Numbered from the stretch's first letter, positions 37,847-48,893 are shown. The stretch is DNA of 64,000 nucleotides from an uncultured Acidobacteriota bacterium (GCA_913043225.1 CAJWLU010000013.1:24051-88050), one strand, 5' to 3'. Numbers and translations are program-made. The notes: generated by a model from the letters alone, not told the origin.

Positions 37847-39220
37847 ATGGCTCGGCATTCTTTCAGCAAGGGACTTCGGCTTCCGGCCCTCGGCGCCCCT
37901 GAGCAACAGGTGGACACCGGCCGGATGATCCGTCGGGTCGCGCTGTTGGCGGATGACTACGTCGGGCTTCGCCCGACCATGCGTGTGGCGGTCGGCGACG
38001 ACGTGCGACGTGGGCAGCCGCTGTTCGATGACAAGAAGCGTCCGGGGGTCCGGTTCACCTCGCCGGCGGCTGGCACGGTCAGCGCTATCAACCGCGGTGT
38101 TCGACGCCGGTTCCTGTCCGTGGTCGTTGAGCTTAGCCGCGAGGAGCGCGAGGGCCGAGGCGGCGATCAGGTGTCGTTCAGCGCGCATACGGGGCGTCAT
38201 CCCGGTGGCCTGTCTGGCGACGAGGTTCGCGAGCTGCTCGTGGAGTCCGGACTCTGGACGGCACTCAGGGCGCGACCTTTCGGTCGGGTCGCGGATCCGC
38301 ACGGCGCCGCTGACGCCATCTTCGTGACCGCCATCGACACCGAGCCGCTGGCCCCCGACGTCGAGGTGGTGCTCGAGGGCCAGCACGGGGCGTTCGAGCG
38401 CGGAGTGTCGGCGCTGACCCGGTTGACCGACGGGCCCGTGTATGTCTGCACGGCCCAGGGGAGTGCGGTGCCGGTTCCGGATGGTGAGCGGCTTCACCAC
38501 GAAGAGTTCAAAGGGCCGCACCCGGCAGGGACCGCCGGGCTCCATATCCATACGCTGCACCCGGCGGGCCGTGGCCGCGTGGTCTGGCACGTCGGCTACC
38601 AGGATGTCGTTGCCATCGGCCGACTGTTCGAGACCGGTCATCTGGCGGTCGAACGTGTCGTCGCGCTGAGCGGCCCCGCTCAGCCTGGGCCAAGGCTGGT
38701 CCGCACTAGACTTGGCGCGTCCACGGCGGATCTGCTGGCCCCCGTAGAGCTGGATCCAGGCGTGCGGGTGGTTTCTGGATCATTGCTCTCCGGTCGCGAC
38801 GCAGCCGGCGACATCGTCGGGTATCTGGGGCGCTACCACCGCCAGATCTGTCTCCTTCGAGACGGGCCGGACCGGGAGTTGCTCGGTTGGCTGATGCCCG
38901 GGGTCAGCAAGTTCTCGGCGTCGCGCTCGTTTCTCTCTAAGCTGCTGCCGGGTCGGCGGTTCGCGTTCACGACTAACACGAACGGTTCGCGGCGCGCCAT
39001 CGTGCCGATCGGTCTCTATGAGGGCGTCATGGCGATGGACCTGCTGGCGACTCCGCTGCTGCGCGCATTGGCGGTGCAGGATGTGGAGCGGGCCGAAGAG
39101 CTCGGGTGTCTCGAACTCGACGAGGAGGACCTCGCTCTCTGTACCTTCGTGTGCCCCAGCAAGATGGACCACGGTGCCTCCTTGCGGACGGTGCTGACCA
39201 CGCTCGAGGCGGAAGGATGA
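37847..39220 (+). CDS. nqrA: Na+-translocating NADH:quinone reductase subunit A
   Basis: [39 protein letters not shown]. Confidence 0.93.
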   Translation: MARHSFSKGLRLPALGAPEQQVDTGRMIRRVALLADDYVGLRPTMRVAVGDDVRRGQPLFDDKKRPGVRFTSPAAGTVSAINRGVRRRFLSVVVELSREEREGRGGDQVSFSAHTGRHPGGLSGDEVRELLVESGLWTALRARPFGRVADPHGAADAIFVTAIDTEPLAPDVEVVLEGQHGAFERGVSALTRLTDGPVYVCTAQGSAVPVPDGERLHHEEFKGPHPAGTAGLHIHTLHPAGRGRVVWHVGYQDVVAIGRLFETGHLAVERVVALSGPAQPGPRLVRTRLGASTADLLAPVELDPGVRVVSGSLLSGRDAAGDIVGYLGRYHRQICLLRDGPDRELLGWLMPGVSKFSASRSFLSKLLPGRRFAFTTNTNGSRRAIVPIGLYEGVMAMDLLATPLLRALAVQDVERAEELGCLELDEEDLALCTFVCPSKMDHGASLRTVLTTLEAEG

Positions 39221-40437
39221 AGTTCCTGCGCGACCTGCTCGATCGGCAGGCTCATCACTTCGAGAAGGGTGGGCGCTTGGAGCGACTGTATCCGCTCTGG
39301 GAGGCGCAGGACACCTTTCTCTACACGCCCGGAGAGGTAACCCGGGAGGCGCCACACGTACGCGATGCGCTGGACATGAAGCGCCTCATGGTGACGGTGG
39401 TGATCGCCCTCGGGGGCTGCATCGCGATGGCGCTGTACAACACCGGCTATCAGGCGCATCTGGCCATCGCAGCGGGCACAGCTCCCCTCGACACCTGGCA
39501 GACCGGAGCCATGGTGGCGATGGGGTTGAGCTTCGACCCCGCCGATCTCTGGGCCTGTTTGGTCCATGGCGCGCTCTACTTCGTGCCCGTGCTCGTCGTT
39601 ACCTTCGCGGTCGGCGGGCTCTGGGAGGTGCTTTTCGCCATGGTGCGCGGCCATGAGATCAACGAGGGTATGTTGGTGACCGGCATGCTCTTCCCGTTGA
39701 CCTTGCCGGCCACCGTGCCGCTCTGGCAGGTGGCGTTGGGGATTACATTCGGCATCGTGGTGGGGAAAGAGATCTTCGGGGGCACTGGCATGAATGTGCT
39801 CAACCCCGCCCTCACTGGACGAGCGTTTCTCTTCTTTGCTTATCCTGCACAGTTGTCGGGAGATGCGGTCTGGGTTGCCGCCCAGACCGGCGCCGATGGC
39901 TATAGCGGCGCGACCATTCTTGCCCGCGCCACCGAAAGCGGGCTCGCTGGCGTTACCCCGGGCGTTGAGCCGTGGCAGGCCTTTATCGGGCTGGTTCCAG
40001 GCTCGATGGGAGAGACGTCGGTTCTCGCGTGTCTGGTTGGGGCCGCGATTCTGGTGGCCACCGGCATCGGTTCTTGGCGCATTATGGTCAGCGTCACCGT
40101 CGGCACTCTGCTCACGGCGCTGCTGCTCAATACGATCGGTTCAGTGACCAATCCATTCTTCGAGGTCACGCCGCTCTGGCACTTTTTGCTGGGCGGCTGG
40201 GCCTTCGGCACGGTCTACATGGCCACTGACCCCGTGTCGGGGCCGGCGACGCTGAGCGGCCACTATGTCTACGGCTTCCTAATCGGTTTCCTGGTGGTGC
40301 TTATCCGCGTAGTCAATCCCGCCTATCCGGAAGGGATGATGCTGGCCATCTTGTTCATGAACCTGTTCGCGCCGTTGATCGACTACGCCGTGGTGCAGTC
40401 CAACGTGCGACGAAGGAGCGTGCGTCATGCAGGGTAG
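39217..40437 (+). CDS. nqrB: Na+-NQR subunit B
   Basis: [21 protein letters not shown]-attachment motif, GSMGETS, MATDPVS, AYPEG. Confidence 0.95.
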   Translation: MKFLRDLLDRQAHHFEKGGRLERLYPLWEAQDTFLYTPGEVTREAPHVRDALDMKRLMVTVVIALGGCIAMALYNTGYQAHLAIAAGTAPLDTWQTGAMVAMGLSFDPADLWACLVHGALYFVPVLVVTFAVGGLWEVLFAMVRGHEINEGMLVTGMLFPLTLPATVPLWQVALGITFGIVVGKEIFGGTGMNVLNPALTGRAFLFFAYPAQLSGDAVWVAAQTGADGYSGATILARATESGLAGVTPGVEPWQAFIGLVPGSMGETSVLACLVGAAILVATGIGSWRIMVSVTVGTLLTALLLNTIGSVTNPFFEVTPLWHFLLGGWAFGTVYMATDPVSGPATLSGHYVYGFLIGFLVVLIRVVNPAYPEGMMLAILFMNLFAPLIDYAVVQSNVRRRSVRHAG

Positions 40438-41200
40438 CGTCGGCTATAACCTCGGATTCGCGGCCGCCGTATGTCTGGCCTGCGCCGTGGTGGTGTCGTC
40501 GGCCGCGGTGGCGCTGGCCGATCGGCAGGACCGCAACGCGTTGCTGGACAAGCAAAAGAACGTGTTGCTGGCGCTGGGGCTTGCCGAAGAGGATGAGGCG
40601 CTCAGCGAGGCCGATATCTTGGAACGATTCGCTCCAATCGATCTGGTGGTGATCGAGCTCGAAAGCGGGCAGGTCGATGCAGGGGTTGACGCCAGTCTCT
40701 ACGACCAACGCGCGGCGTCGGTCGATCCTGTCACGAGCGACCTGGCCCCGGACAACGCGGCGGGTGTGTCCAGCGTCCCTCACTATGCCCTGGTCTACGA
40801 GCTTCGCGACGACGCTGGCCGGTTTGAGGGTGTGGTGTTGCCGGTCGAAGGTCTTGGGCTCTGGGGCACGCTGTATGGCTTCGTATCGCTCGAGAGTGAT
40901 CTGCGGACCGTCAGAGGGTTGACCTTCTATGAGCACAAGGAGACACCCGGGCTCGGGGGAGAGGTCGACAACCCACGATGGAAGGCGCTCTGGCCGGGAC
41001 GGCTTGCCTTCGATGACAGTCTGGCCCCGGCCATTACCGTCATTAAGGGGACGGCAGGCAGCGTCACCGACGCGCCCTACGAAGTCGATGGTCTGAGCGG
41101 TGCGACCATCACGAGTCGCGGGGTGACTAACCTGGTGCAGTTCTGGCTCGGGAGTGACGGTTTCGGACGTTATCTCGAGCGGTTGCGCGGGGAGAGGTAG
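40427..41200 (+). CDS. nqrC: Na+-NQR subunit C
   Basis: [24 protein letters not shown]. Confidence 0.95.
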   Translation: MQGSVGYNLGFAAAVCLACAVVVSSAAVALADRQDRNALLDKQKNVLLALGLAEEDEALSEADILERFAPIDLVVIELESGQVDAGVDASLYDQRAASVDPVTSDLAPDNAAGVSSVPHYALVYELRDDAGRFEGVVLPVEGLGLWGTLYGFVSLESDLRTVRGLTFYEHKETPGLGGEVDNPRWKALWPGRLAFDDSLAPAITVIKGTAGSVTDAPYEVDGLSGATITSRGVTNLVQFWLGSDGFGRYLERLRGER

Positions 41201-41203
41201 CGG

Positions 41204-41824
41204 ATGTCGAAGTCACGAGACGCGCTCATTGATCCGCTGTTCAACAACAACCCCATCGCCTTGCAGGTGCTCGGTATCTGCTCGGCGCTGGCGGTGACCA
41301 CTAAGATGGATACGGCGCTCGTGATGAGTGTCGCGGTGGTTTTCGTGCTGCTGTTCTCCAACCTGTTCGTCAGCCTGCTGCGTCATCAGATTCCGACCAA
41401 CATCCGGATCATCGTGCAACTCACCATCATCGCGTCGCTCGTGATCGTGGTCGACCAGGTGTTGAAGGCGTATCTCTTCGAGATCTCCAAGCAGCTGTCG
41501 GTGTTCGTCGGGTTGATCATCACCAACTGCATCATCATGGGGCGGGCCGAGGCCTACGCTATGCAGAATCCGCCGTCCATGAGCGTGATTGACGGCATCG
41601 GGAACGGTCTGGGCTACGGGGTGATTCTGGCCGGTACCGCAGTGTTACGGGAGCTGTTCGGTTCTGGGTCGCTGTTCGGCGCGCAGGTCTTCGCGCTGGC
41701 CAGCGAGGGGGGCTGGTACATCCCGAACGGTCTAATGGTGCTCTCGCCAGGGGCCTTCTTCATCATCGGTTTCTTCATCTGGGCCATCCGGGCGTGGAAG
41801 CCTGACCAGATCGAGAAGGACTAG
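41204..41824 (+). CDS. nqrD: Na+-NQR subunit D
   Basis: [31 protein letters not shown]. Confidence 0.95.
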   Translation: MSKSRDALIDPLFNNNPIALQVLGICSALAVTTKMDTALVMSVAVVFVLLFSNLFVSLLRHQIPTNIRIIVQLTIIASLVIVVDQVLKAYLFEISKQLSVFVGLIITNCIIMGRAEAYAMQNPPSMSVIDGIGNGLGYGVILAGTAVLRELFGSGSLFGAQVFALASEGGWYIPNGLMVLSPGAFFIIGFFIWAIRAWKPDQIEKD

Positions 41825-41828
41825 AGTG

Positions 41829-42443
41829 ATGGAGCAGTACATCGATCTCGCCGTCAAGGCCATCTTCGTCGAGAACATGGCGCTGGCCTTCTTTCTCGGC
41901 ATGTGCTCGTTCCTCGCGGTGTCAAAACGGGTGTCGACCGCGGTCGGCCTGGGCGCCGCCGTGATCTTCGTGTTGACTGTCACGGTGCCCCTCAACAACG
42001 TCGTCTACAACTACGCGTTACGTCCTGGCGCGCTCGCTTGGGCGTCGCCAGAGTTGGCCGATATTGATCTCTCGTTTCTGGGGTTCCTCACCTTCATCGG
42101 CACCATCGCAGCGATGACCCAGATCGTCGAGATGACCCTTGACCGGTTCGTTCCGAAACTCTATGCGGCGCTCGGAATCTTTCTACCGCTGATCGCGGTG
42201 AATTGCGCGATTCTCGGGGCGTCGCTTTTCATGATGGAGCGAAACTACAGCCTGACGGAGAGCGCGGTGTTCGGGTTTGGGTCTGGCGTGGGCTGGGCAC
42301 TGGCGATCATCGCGCTCGCTGGTATTCGTGAGCGGCTTCGCTACAGCAATCCGCCCGCGGGGCTTCGCGGGCTCGGGCTGACCTTCATCATCGTCGGACT
42401 GATGGCCATCGGGTTCATGGCCTTCGCGGGGGTGCAGCTATGA
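41829..42443 (+). CDS. nqrE: Na+-NQR subunit E
   Basis: [30 protein letters not shown]. Confidence 0.95.
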   Translation: MEQYIDLAVKAIFVENMALAFFLGMCSFLAVSKRVSTAVGLGAAVIFVLTVTVPLNNVVYNYALRPGALAWASPELADIDLSFLGFLTFIGTIAAMTQIVEMTLDRFVPKLYAALGIFLPLIAVNCAILGASLFMMERNYSLTESAVFGFGSGVGWALAIIALAGIRERLRYSNPPAGLRGLGLTFIIVGLMAIGFMAFAGVQL

Positions 42444-43666
42444 CAACCGTCGTGCTTGGCGTCGGGATGTTCACGTTCACCATCGTGGTCTTGGTCTGTC
42501 TGCTGATGCTGGCCCGCCGGCAGCTTGTGGCTACCGGCGACGTCGCCATTACCGTCAACGGCGACCCGGACAAGGCGTTGCAGACCACTGCCGGCGGAAC
42601 GCTTTTGGAGACCCTGGCCGCCAACCGCATCTTCATTCCGTCGGCGTGCGGCGGGAAAGGTAGCTGTGGTGTCTGCACGGTCACCGTGTGCGAGGGGGGG
42701 GGCGCGATCCTGCCCACCGAAACGAGCCACATCTCTCGTGGTGAGGCACGTGATGGCGTCCGCTTGTCCTGCCAGGTCAAGGTCAAGCAGGACATGGCGA
42801 TCGAGCTGCCGCCGGAGGTGTTCAGCGTTAAGCAGTGGCGGTGCAAGGTGCGGTCGAACTACAACGTGGCCACCTTCATCAAGGAACTGGTCCTGGAGCT
42901 TCCAGAGGGCGAATCCGTACCGTTCCGTGCCGGAGGCTACATTCAAATTCAGGCGCCGCCAGGCACGGTGAACTACGCGAACTTCGACATTGAAGAGGAA
43001 TACCGTCCCGATTGGGACCAGTTCAATCTGTGGCGGTATGTGTCGACGGTCGAGGAGCCGGTGACCCGGGCGTACTCGATGGCCAATTATCCCGAGGAGC
43101 GCGGGGTCATCATGCTCAACGTGCGGGTGGCTTCGCCTCCGCCGCGGGCACCAGAGGGGATCCCTCCAGGGAAGATGAGTTCCTACATCTTCAGCTTGAA
43201 GCCGGGCGATGAGGTCACGATCTCCGGGCCGTTCGGCGAGTTCTTCGCGAAGGAGACGAAGGCCGAGATGATGTTCGTCGGCGGGGGCGCGGGTATGGCG
43301 CCGATGCGGTCGCACATCTTCGACCAGTTCCGCCGCCTCTCGACGGATCGGAAGGTCACGTTCTGGTATGGTGCCCGGAGTCTCCGCGAAGCGTTCTACA
43401 TGGACGACTTCGACACGATCGCCGGCGAGAACGGCAACTTCGATTGGCATCTGGCGTTGTCTGAGCCCCTGCCTGAAGACAACTGGACCGGGGATACAGG
43501 GTTCATCCACCAGGTTGTGCTCGACAACTACCTGGCTGAGCATCCGGCTCCGGAAGATATCGAGTACTACCTGTGCGGGCCGCCGATGATGCTCAAGGCG
43601 TGCATGGACATGCTCGACTCGCTCGGGGTGGAGCGGGAGAACATCCTCTTCGACGACTTCGGCTAG
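42440..43666 (+). CDS. nqrF: Na+-NQR subunit F
   Basis: 2Fe-2S motif [36 protein letters not shown]-terminal DDFG. Confidence 0.96.
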   Translation: MTTVVLGVGMFTFTIVVLVCLLMLARRQLVATGDVAITVNGDPDKALQTTAGGTLLETLAANRIFIPSACGGKGSCGVCTVTVCEGGGAILPTETSHISRGEARDGVRLSCQVKVKQDMAIELPPEVFSVKQWRCKVRSNYNVATFIKELVLELPEGESVPFRAGGYIQIQAPPGTVNYANFDIEEEYRPDWDQFNLWRYVSTVEEPVTRAYSMANYPEERGVIMLNVRVASPPPRAPEGIPPGKMSSYIFSLKPGDEVTISGPFGEFFAKETKAEMMFVGGGAGMAPMRSHIFDQFRRLSTDRKVTFWYGARSLREAFYMDDFDTIAGENGNFDWHLALSEPLPEDNWTGDTGFIHQVVLDNYLAEHPAPEDIEYYLCGPPMMLKACMDMLDSLGVERENILFDDFG

Positions 43667-43885
43667 GGGATTCTTGGCGAAGCGTTTGTCTGGCGGCATT
43701 GCTTCGTCAGACGCATGCACCAGGCGTGCTTCTTCCTCGCGCCTTGCCAGACGAACGCCGCGCCAGAAATTCCCGCTCATTCGAGGGGACGGGCTCCTGG
43801 CTGTCCGGTGACTGCGTGCGAGCAGCGTTCCTCTTCGTTCGTGCTCCGGTGGTCGGTGTGTGGCTGATCATCAATTGGTCTAGAG

Positions 43886-44938
43886 ATGACGGTTCGGGTG
43901 GTCCTTGGGTGGGTTTGGATCGCGGTACATGGGGTGGGGTGTGCCTCAGGGGTTGAGACTCCGTCTGGGCTCGTCTTCGAGGGTGGGACCATGGGGACCA
44001 CCTATCTCGTGCGGGTGGTACCAGGCGGGGGTGCGATCGTCGACGAGGCAGCTCTGGCGGTTGAAATTCAGGACGCGCTCGACGACGTCGAAGCACGGAT
44101 GTCGCACTATCGTCCAGACTCCGAGGTGTCTCGGTTTAACCAGGCTCGGCACACCGATCCGATCGAGCTGTCGGCCCCGACCTTCGAAGTGTTCGCCGAG
44201 GCGCACGCGATCGGGATGACGAGCGGCGGTGCCCTGGATATAACGGTCGGGCCACTAGTGAACGCCTGGGGTTTCGGGCCTGAGGAGCCCGTGTCGCTAC
44301 CGCCTGCGGCTGCGGTGATTGGCGACCTGCTTGAGGCGACGGGGCTCGACCGGTTGGAGCTCGACCCGCGGGCGTCCGCGGTTCGGAAGACGGTGCCTGA
44401 GCTCGAGGTGGACCTCTCGGCGGTAGCGAAAGGCTATGCTGTCGACCGGGTAGCCGAGATGGTGGCCGCGCGTGGTCACGACCGCTTCATGGTCGAAGTG
44501 GGCGGCGAGGTGGCAGCCCGGGGTACCAACCTCCGTGGTGTGCCGTGGCGGATCGCCATCGAGCGTCCGACGGTAGAGGGAGGGATCCAGGACGTCCTGT
44601 CTCTCGAGTGGGGCGCGATGGCGACCTCCGGCGACTATCGCAACGTTCGAGAGGTCGATGGCCGACTGCTCTCCCACACCATCGACCCGCGCACCGGCTA
44701 TCCTGTCAATCATCGCCTGACATCGGTTACCGTGGTTTCTGGCTCGTGTCTCGAGGCCGATGGGCTCGCGACCGCGCTCGAGGTCTTGGGGCCCGACGCG
44801 GGGTATGCCCTGGCTGTCGATCTCGACCTCGCCGTACTGTTTCTCGTCCGTGGTGACGATGGCACCATCACCGCGCGATCCACCGGCCGGTTCGAGGCGC
44901 TGATGGACGGTCCGACCTCTGCGTCTGCACTAGAATGA
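43886..44938 (+). CDS. apbE: FAD:protein FMN transferase
   Basis: TMGT, DLSAVAKGYAVD, VEVGGE, ATSGDYR, SHTIDPRTG, ADGLATA. Confidence 0.92.
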   Translation: MTVRVVLGWVWIAVHGVGCASGVETPSGLVFEGGTMGTTYLVRVVPGGGAIVDEAALAVEIQDALDDVEARMSHYRPDSEVSRFNQARHTDPIELSAPTFEVFAEAHAIGMTSGGALDITVGPLVNAWGFGPEEPVSLPPAAAVIGDLLEATGLDRLELDPRASAVRKTVPELEVDLSAVAKGYAVDRVAEMVAARGHDRFMVEVGGEVAARGTNLRGVPWRIAIERPTVEGGIQDVLSLEWGAMATSGDYRNVREVDGRLLSHTIDPRTGYPVNHRLTSVTVVSGSCLEADGLATALEVLGPDAGYALAVDLDLAVLFLVRGDDGTITARSTGRFEALMDGPTSASALE

Positions 44939-45135
44939 AGATGATGGCAGTCTTTCTGCTGACCCTCGGCGGCATGGCACTGATCATGGTGATTATGGCC
45001 GTCGGCGTCATCTTCAGCGGTCGCTGTTTGCGCGGTTCGTGTGGGGGGGGCGAGGCGGTCGGACCCGACGGGGAGCCCCTCAGCTGCGCGACCTGTCCCC
45101 ACCGCAACCGCGAAGAAGTTACCTCTTCGGTCTGA
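44935..45135 (+). CDS. nqrM: Na+-NQR maturation factor
   Basis: One TM helix then CLRGSCGG...CATCP; follows apbE. Confidence 0.85.
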   Translation: MKMMAVFLLTLGGMALIMVIMAVGVIFSGRCLRGSCGGGEAVGPDGEPLSCATCPHRNREEVTSSV

Positions 45136-45330
45136 CCGCCTGCGGCCGGGAGGAACGGCCGTGCCCGGCGGTCTGTCTCCTGCAGACATCCAGATCGACC
45201 CACTGCCGCTGCGGTCACTGCTCGAGGCTCAGCAACCGAACTTTATGTCTTGGCCGTTCGAAGCGGTGAGGGGGAGGTTGGGGGAATGACTACGTTTAGG
45301 GCTTGGCCCGCTTGTTCTGTGCCCAGCAGA

Positions 45331-46722
45331 CTAGCCGAGCGTGAGTGCTGCCAGCAGTGTCGCCAGTTCTTCGTCCTGTTCCGGGAGAACGGTGCGAAGA
45401 TCGAGTAGGACTGCATCCTGTTCCACCCTTGCGACGACGGGGGGCGTGAGACCCCGAAGCCGCTGTTCGAGCTGTGCGGCAGACCCGCTCTTGGGCGTGA
45501 GCCGGACAAGGCGGGTTGGGAGCGCGGAGCCGGGCGCGCTGCCGCCTCCGACGGTCGACATGCCGTCGACCACGGCGGCGTGAATAGATGTGTGTTCGGC
45601 CAGCCGTTTGGCGAGCGCGGAGGCCCGGGCGTCGATCGCATCTGCGTCGGCGTGGATCATCCGTACGACCGGCACCGTCTGCCGCGCCCGACCACGGGCA
45701 TGCTCCAGCAGGGTGGCCTCAAGGGCCGCGTAGGTCAGCTTGTCGACGCGGAGCGCACGCATTAGCGGGTGCCTGCGAATCGGTTCGAGCGCGGCGGTCG
45801 TACCGACCAGAACGCCCGCCTGTGGTCCCCCCAGTAGCTTGTCGCCGCTGAAACAACAGACGTCGACCCCGGCCGATACGCTTGCGCGGACGGTCGGTTC
45901 GTCCCTGAGAGCGGGTACCGCGGTGGGCGCCAGCAGGCCGCTTCCCAGGTCTTCGGCGATTGGGACGTCAAACCTGCGTCCCAACGTTACAAGTTCCTCT
46001 ATCGCGGGCCGCTCGGCGAAGCCCTCGATCCGGAAATTGGAGGGGTGAACGCGCAGGATCAATCCAGTGCGGTCGTTCAGGGCGGCCGCATAGTCGGCGA
46101 CCCGAGTCTTGTTGGTCGTCCCCACCTCGCGCACCACCGCCCCGGACTGCCGCATCACGTCGGGCACGCGAAAGCCGCCGCCGATTTCCACCAGCTCGCC
46201 CCGCGACACGATTACTTCACGTCCGTCGGCTAGCGCCGCCAGCAGCAGCATCACGGCGGCGGCGTTGTTGTTCACTACGACGGCAGCTGGTGCGCCCGTG
46301 ACCAGCTGCAGTACTTTTTCCGCGTGCGTCGAACGTACCCCCCGACCGCCACGCGTGAGGTCGAATTCCAGGTTGCCATAGGCCCCTGCCAGCTCGGCGG
46401 CGTGCGCGGCGGCTGATGCGGCCAGCGGCGCCCGGCCTAGGTTGGTATGGACGATGACGCCGGTCGCGTTGATCACTCCCCGGAGCGACGGCGCGAACCT
46501 GGCGGCGAGCTGGTCCTGGGCGGCGGCTTCCAGTCGTCGGGCCGCGCCCTCCCTGTCCCGCACGTCAGCGGCGGCGCCGGTCTGGAGGTCGTCCCTCAAG
46601 CGGTCGGTGACCGCGCGCAGCGTGTAGAGCGTGGCCTCCGTGCCGTAAGCTTCTACCAGTTGCTCGACGCCCGTTCGACGGCGTAGATCGTCAATGGACG
46701 GGAGAATGCGCGGTGTTGTCAT
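45331..46722 (-). CDS. selA: L-seryl-tRNA(Sec) selenium transferase
   Basis: INATGVIVHTNLGRAPL, VNNNAAA, SRGELVEIGGGFR, FSGDKLLGGPQAG, RALRVDK. Confidence 0.95.
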   Translation of the reverse strand: MTTPRILPSIDDLRRRTGVEQLVEAYGTEATLYTLRAVTDRLRDDLQTGAAADVRDREGAARRLEAAAQDQLAARFAPSLRGVINATGVIVHTNLGRAPLAASAAAHAAELAGAYGNLEFDLTRGGRGVRSTHAEKVLQLVTGAPAAVVVNNNAAAVMLLLAALADGREVIVSRGELVEIGGGFRVPDVMRQSGAVVREVGTTNKTRVADYAAALNDRTGLILRVHPSNFRIEGFAERPAIEELVTLGRRFDVPIAEDLGSGLLAPTAVPALRDEPTVRASVSAGVDVCCFSGDKLLGGPQAGVLVGTTAALEPIRRHPLMRALRVDKLTYAALEATLLEHARGRARQTVPVVRMIHADADAIDARASALAKRLAEHTSIHAAVVDGMSTVGGGSAPGSALPTRLVRLTPKSGSAAQLEQRLRGLTPPVVARVEQDAVLLDLRTVLPEQDEELATLLAALTLG

Positions 46723-46806
46723 GGGGTGTCCGAGAGGCCGACCATTGGTTCAGGCAGCCTTGCCGCTTCCCGGAGGATCAGGATACCATCACGACCGCCA
46801 CGACCC

Positions 46807-47256
46807 ATGAGTAAGGCGTCCCCCTCAGCCGACACGTCCGAGCGCCCCGCCACCCGCGAATATCGACCGTCGGACCGTTTCTGGCCCTACCCCGATGTTC
46901 CCGAACACCCGACCGACGCCGAACTGGCGCTCATAGATCCGGATGTGCGCGAGGTCCTGTTCGGTGACCGGACGGAGCGACCCTTTTCTCTGACACTGGT
47001 GTTCCCGTCGCTGCCTGGAGAGGAGGGCGCTCGCGCCGTGGAGCTGGCCGAGCAGGCAACCGAGTATCGCGTTACGGGTGCGGGCGACGCTGAGCGGCAC
47101 CGCGCGCGGTTTCTGCCGTCGCAGGCGAGGTTGCTTCGGAGCTTGTTTGAACTCGTAGGGCCGAGTGAAGACACTGAAGTGCTGATCGATGATCGGCCGG
47201 TGCCGTATGCGAGAGAGCTCTGGCTGCCGTTGTTCTGGTATTTGATTCGGGACTAG
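46807..47256 (+). CDS. Hypothetical protein
   Basis: Protein-like ORF divergent from selA (RFWPY...PYARELWLPL); fills the gap. Confidence 0.65.
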   Translation: MSKASPSADTSERPATREYRPSDRFWPYPDVPEHPTDAELALIDPDVREVLFGDRTERPFSLTLVFPSLPGEEGARAVELAEQATEYRVTGAGDAERHRARFLPSQARLLRSLFELVGPSEDTEVLIDDRPVPYARELWLPLFWYLIRD

Positions 47257-47258
47257 CC

Positions 47259-47762
47259 GTGGTTTCTGCGCCTCCTGGAGACCCGACGGATCAGGGTGGA
47301 TTGGAGGCCAAATTCCAGCGTTGTGAAGAGTTTCTGCGGAAGCTCGAGATCAAGTACACGCTCTACTTCGACCTTCAGCGGTCTCGCTCTCCGCTCGAGC
47401 TTCGAGTTGCGGTCGAGCGGATCATCAAGCGGCGTGAGCGAGCCTCGATTGAAGTGTCGATCGCCAGGTACCGTTCCAGTACGTTGGTGCAGCGGTTTAG
47501 GACCTATGCTACACCGGAGAACTGCGGAATGCGTGTTTGCGAAGAGGGTCGTCCAGAGTTCTTCCAGGGACTTGGAGACGGGAGATGCCGGACTGCGGTG
47601 TTGGGAGGAAGAGGCGACCGGGAGAGGGAAAGGAGCACGACTGGCCCAGATGCCGAGCGGCACCCGGGCCAATCGAAGAGCGTCTATTCCCCGTCCGCCC
47701 GCGTGACAGCGCCGGCCTGTGGCCCCTTCGGGCCATCCACGATTTCGAACTCGACGCCCTGA
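47259..47762 (+). pseudogene. Degraded/hypothetical ORF resembling MXAN_5187-C-terminal-domain family proteins
   Basis: LEIKYTLYF...P...R..VE..I...YR..TL..RF..Y...EEGR pattern, then an implausible tail running 79 nt into the convergent csp gene. Family call is from memory. Confidence 0.35.
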
Positions 47763-47896
47763 CCTTCCTCGAGCGTCCGGAAACCGTTGCCCTGAATCGC
47801 CGAGAAGTGCACGAACACATCGCTGCCGCCTTCGCGTTCGATGAATCCGTAGCCCTTGGCGTTGTTGAACCACTTGACCTTGCCTGTGATACGCAT
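47684..47896 (-). CDS. Cold-shock protein (CspA family)
   Basis: [31 protein letters not shown]. Confidence 0.96.
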   Translation of the reverse strand: MRITGKVKWFNNAKGYGFIEREGGSDVFVHFSAIQGNGFRTLEEGQGVEFEIVDGPKGPQAGAVTRADGE

Positions 47897-47983
47897 CTTG
47901 CTTCCCCTGACGTGCTTGTGGGCGGCGCCTGGCGCCGCCCCGGCTTACGAGCCCCAGGACGAGCAGGTCGCCTTGGGAGGCAC

Positions 47984-48007
47984 AAAAAAAGACCGCGTGC
48001 GCGGCCT
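47984..48007 (-). terminator. Terminator-like hairpin in the csp 5' leader
   Basis: Minus strand AGGCCGC-GCAC-GCGGTCT followed by a T run. Confidence 0.5.
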
Positions 48008-48036
48008 GCGGGTCTCACCCATGTGCCAGTAGAGGC

Positions 48037-48065
48037 ATCGTAGTCAGCCGATCGACCGTTGTCAA
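48037..48065 (-). promoter_or_regulatory. Sigma70 promoter of csp
   Basis: Minus strand TTGACA-N17-TACGAT, near consensus. Confidence 0.75.
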
Positions 48066-48177
48066 GAAGACGGGTGGCTCCGGCACTGGGACGCGGTCGG
48101 GTCCCAACGGAGCATTGCGAGTCCCTCGCCGCCAGTCCGCGAACACCAGTAGGGGAACAGAGGAGAAGAAGCGACTC

Positions 48178-48801
48178 ATGCGTGCGCTACTAAGTGTGTC
48201 TGACAAGACGAATCTGGTCGATTTTGCCAGAGGGCTGAGCGCCCGAGGCTACGAGCTCGTGTCGACTGGCGGGACGGCGCGGACTCTGACCGAAGGAGGA
48301 CTGACCGTGACTGCAGTATCCTCGGTTACCGGATTTCCGGAGATGATGGACGGTCGCGTCAAGACCCTCCACCCCGCCGTTCATGGCGGCATCCTGGCTC
48401 GCCGCCATCGCCCCGATGACCTCGAGGCGCTCGAAGCTCAGGGGATCATGCCGATCGATGTGGTGGTCGTGAACCTGTACCCGTTCGCGCGGGCCGCCGC
48501 CGATCCCGGAACCAAGTTCGACGCCCTCATTGAAGAGATCGATATTGGTGGGCCGACGCTGGTACGTGCCGCCGCCAAGAACTTCCAAGACGTCCTGATC
48601 GTGGTCGACCCCTCCGACTACCAGGAGGCGATGGAGCAACTGGATCGGGAGAGCGGTCCGTCCGCGGACTTCCGGCTCTCACTCGCGGCCAAGGCGTTCG
48701 CCCATACGCACGCCTACGACGAGACGATCGCGGGTGCGCTGGCCTCCGTGGAGGTCACCGGAGACGGGTTCAGGCGGAGAGTTCATCCCGGCGGTCAATG
48801 A
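48178..48801 (+). CDS. purH: IMP cyclohydrolase domain of PurH only (207 aa)
   Basis: RALLSVSDK, STGGT, GRVKTLHP, EEIDIGGPTLVRAAAKN, AFAHT..YD; ends before the transformylase domain. Confidence 0.85.
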   Translation: MRALLSVSDKTNLVDFARGLSARGYELVSTGGTARTLTEGGLTVTAVSSVTGFPEMMDGRVKTLHPAVHGGILARRHRPDDLEALEAQGIMPIDVVVVNLYPFARAAADPGTKFDALIEEIDIGGPTLVRAAAKNFQDVLIVVDPSDYQEAMEQLDRESGPSADFRLSLAAKAFAHTHAYDETIAGALASVEVTGDGFRRRVHPGGQ

Positions 48802-48850
48802 GCATGGCATCGCGATGGTGTTCACCGGCCGACGGTACTTCCGGTACTGA
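48779..48850 (+). pseudogene. purH: Remnant of the PurH C-terminus in the +1 frame
   Basis: Translates to EFIPAVNEHGIAMVFTGRRYFRY*, matching the conserved PurH end (EHGIAMVFTG.RHFRH). Confidence 0.8.
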
Positions 48851-48893
48851 GGCGCTCGTGGGCTCGCGCCTCAATGCGGCGAACCCTCGCAGT

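Noticed and set aside
42694..42702. G9 tract in nqrF (and G8 at 45043-45050 in nqrM) as phase-variation sites
   Set aside because: Both are in frame and encode Gly-rich conserved segments of respiratory genes; no frameshift is seen.
43667..43885. Intergenic gap between nqrF and apbE as a small gene or sRNA
   Set aside because: No convincing ORF, RBS or stable terminator was recognised.
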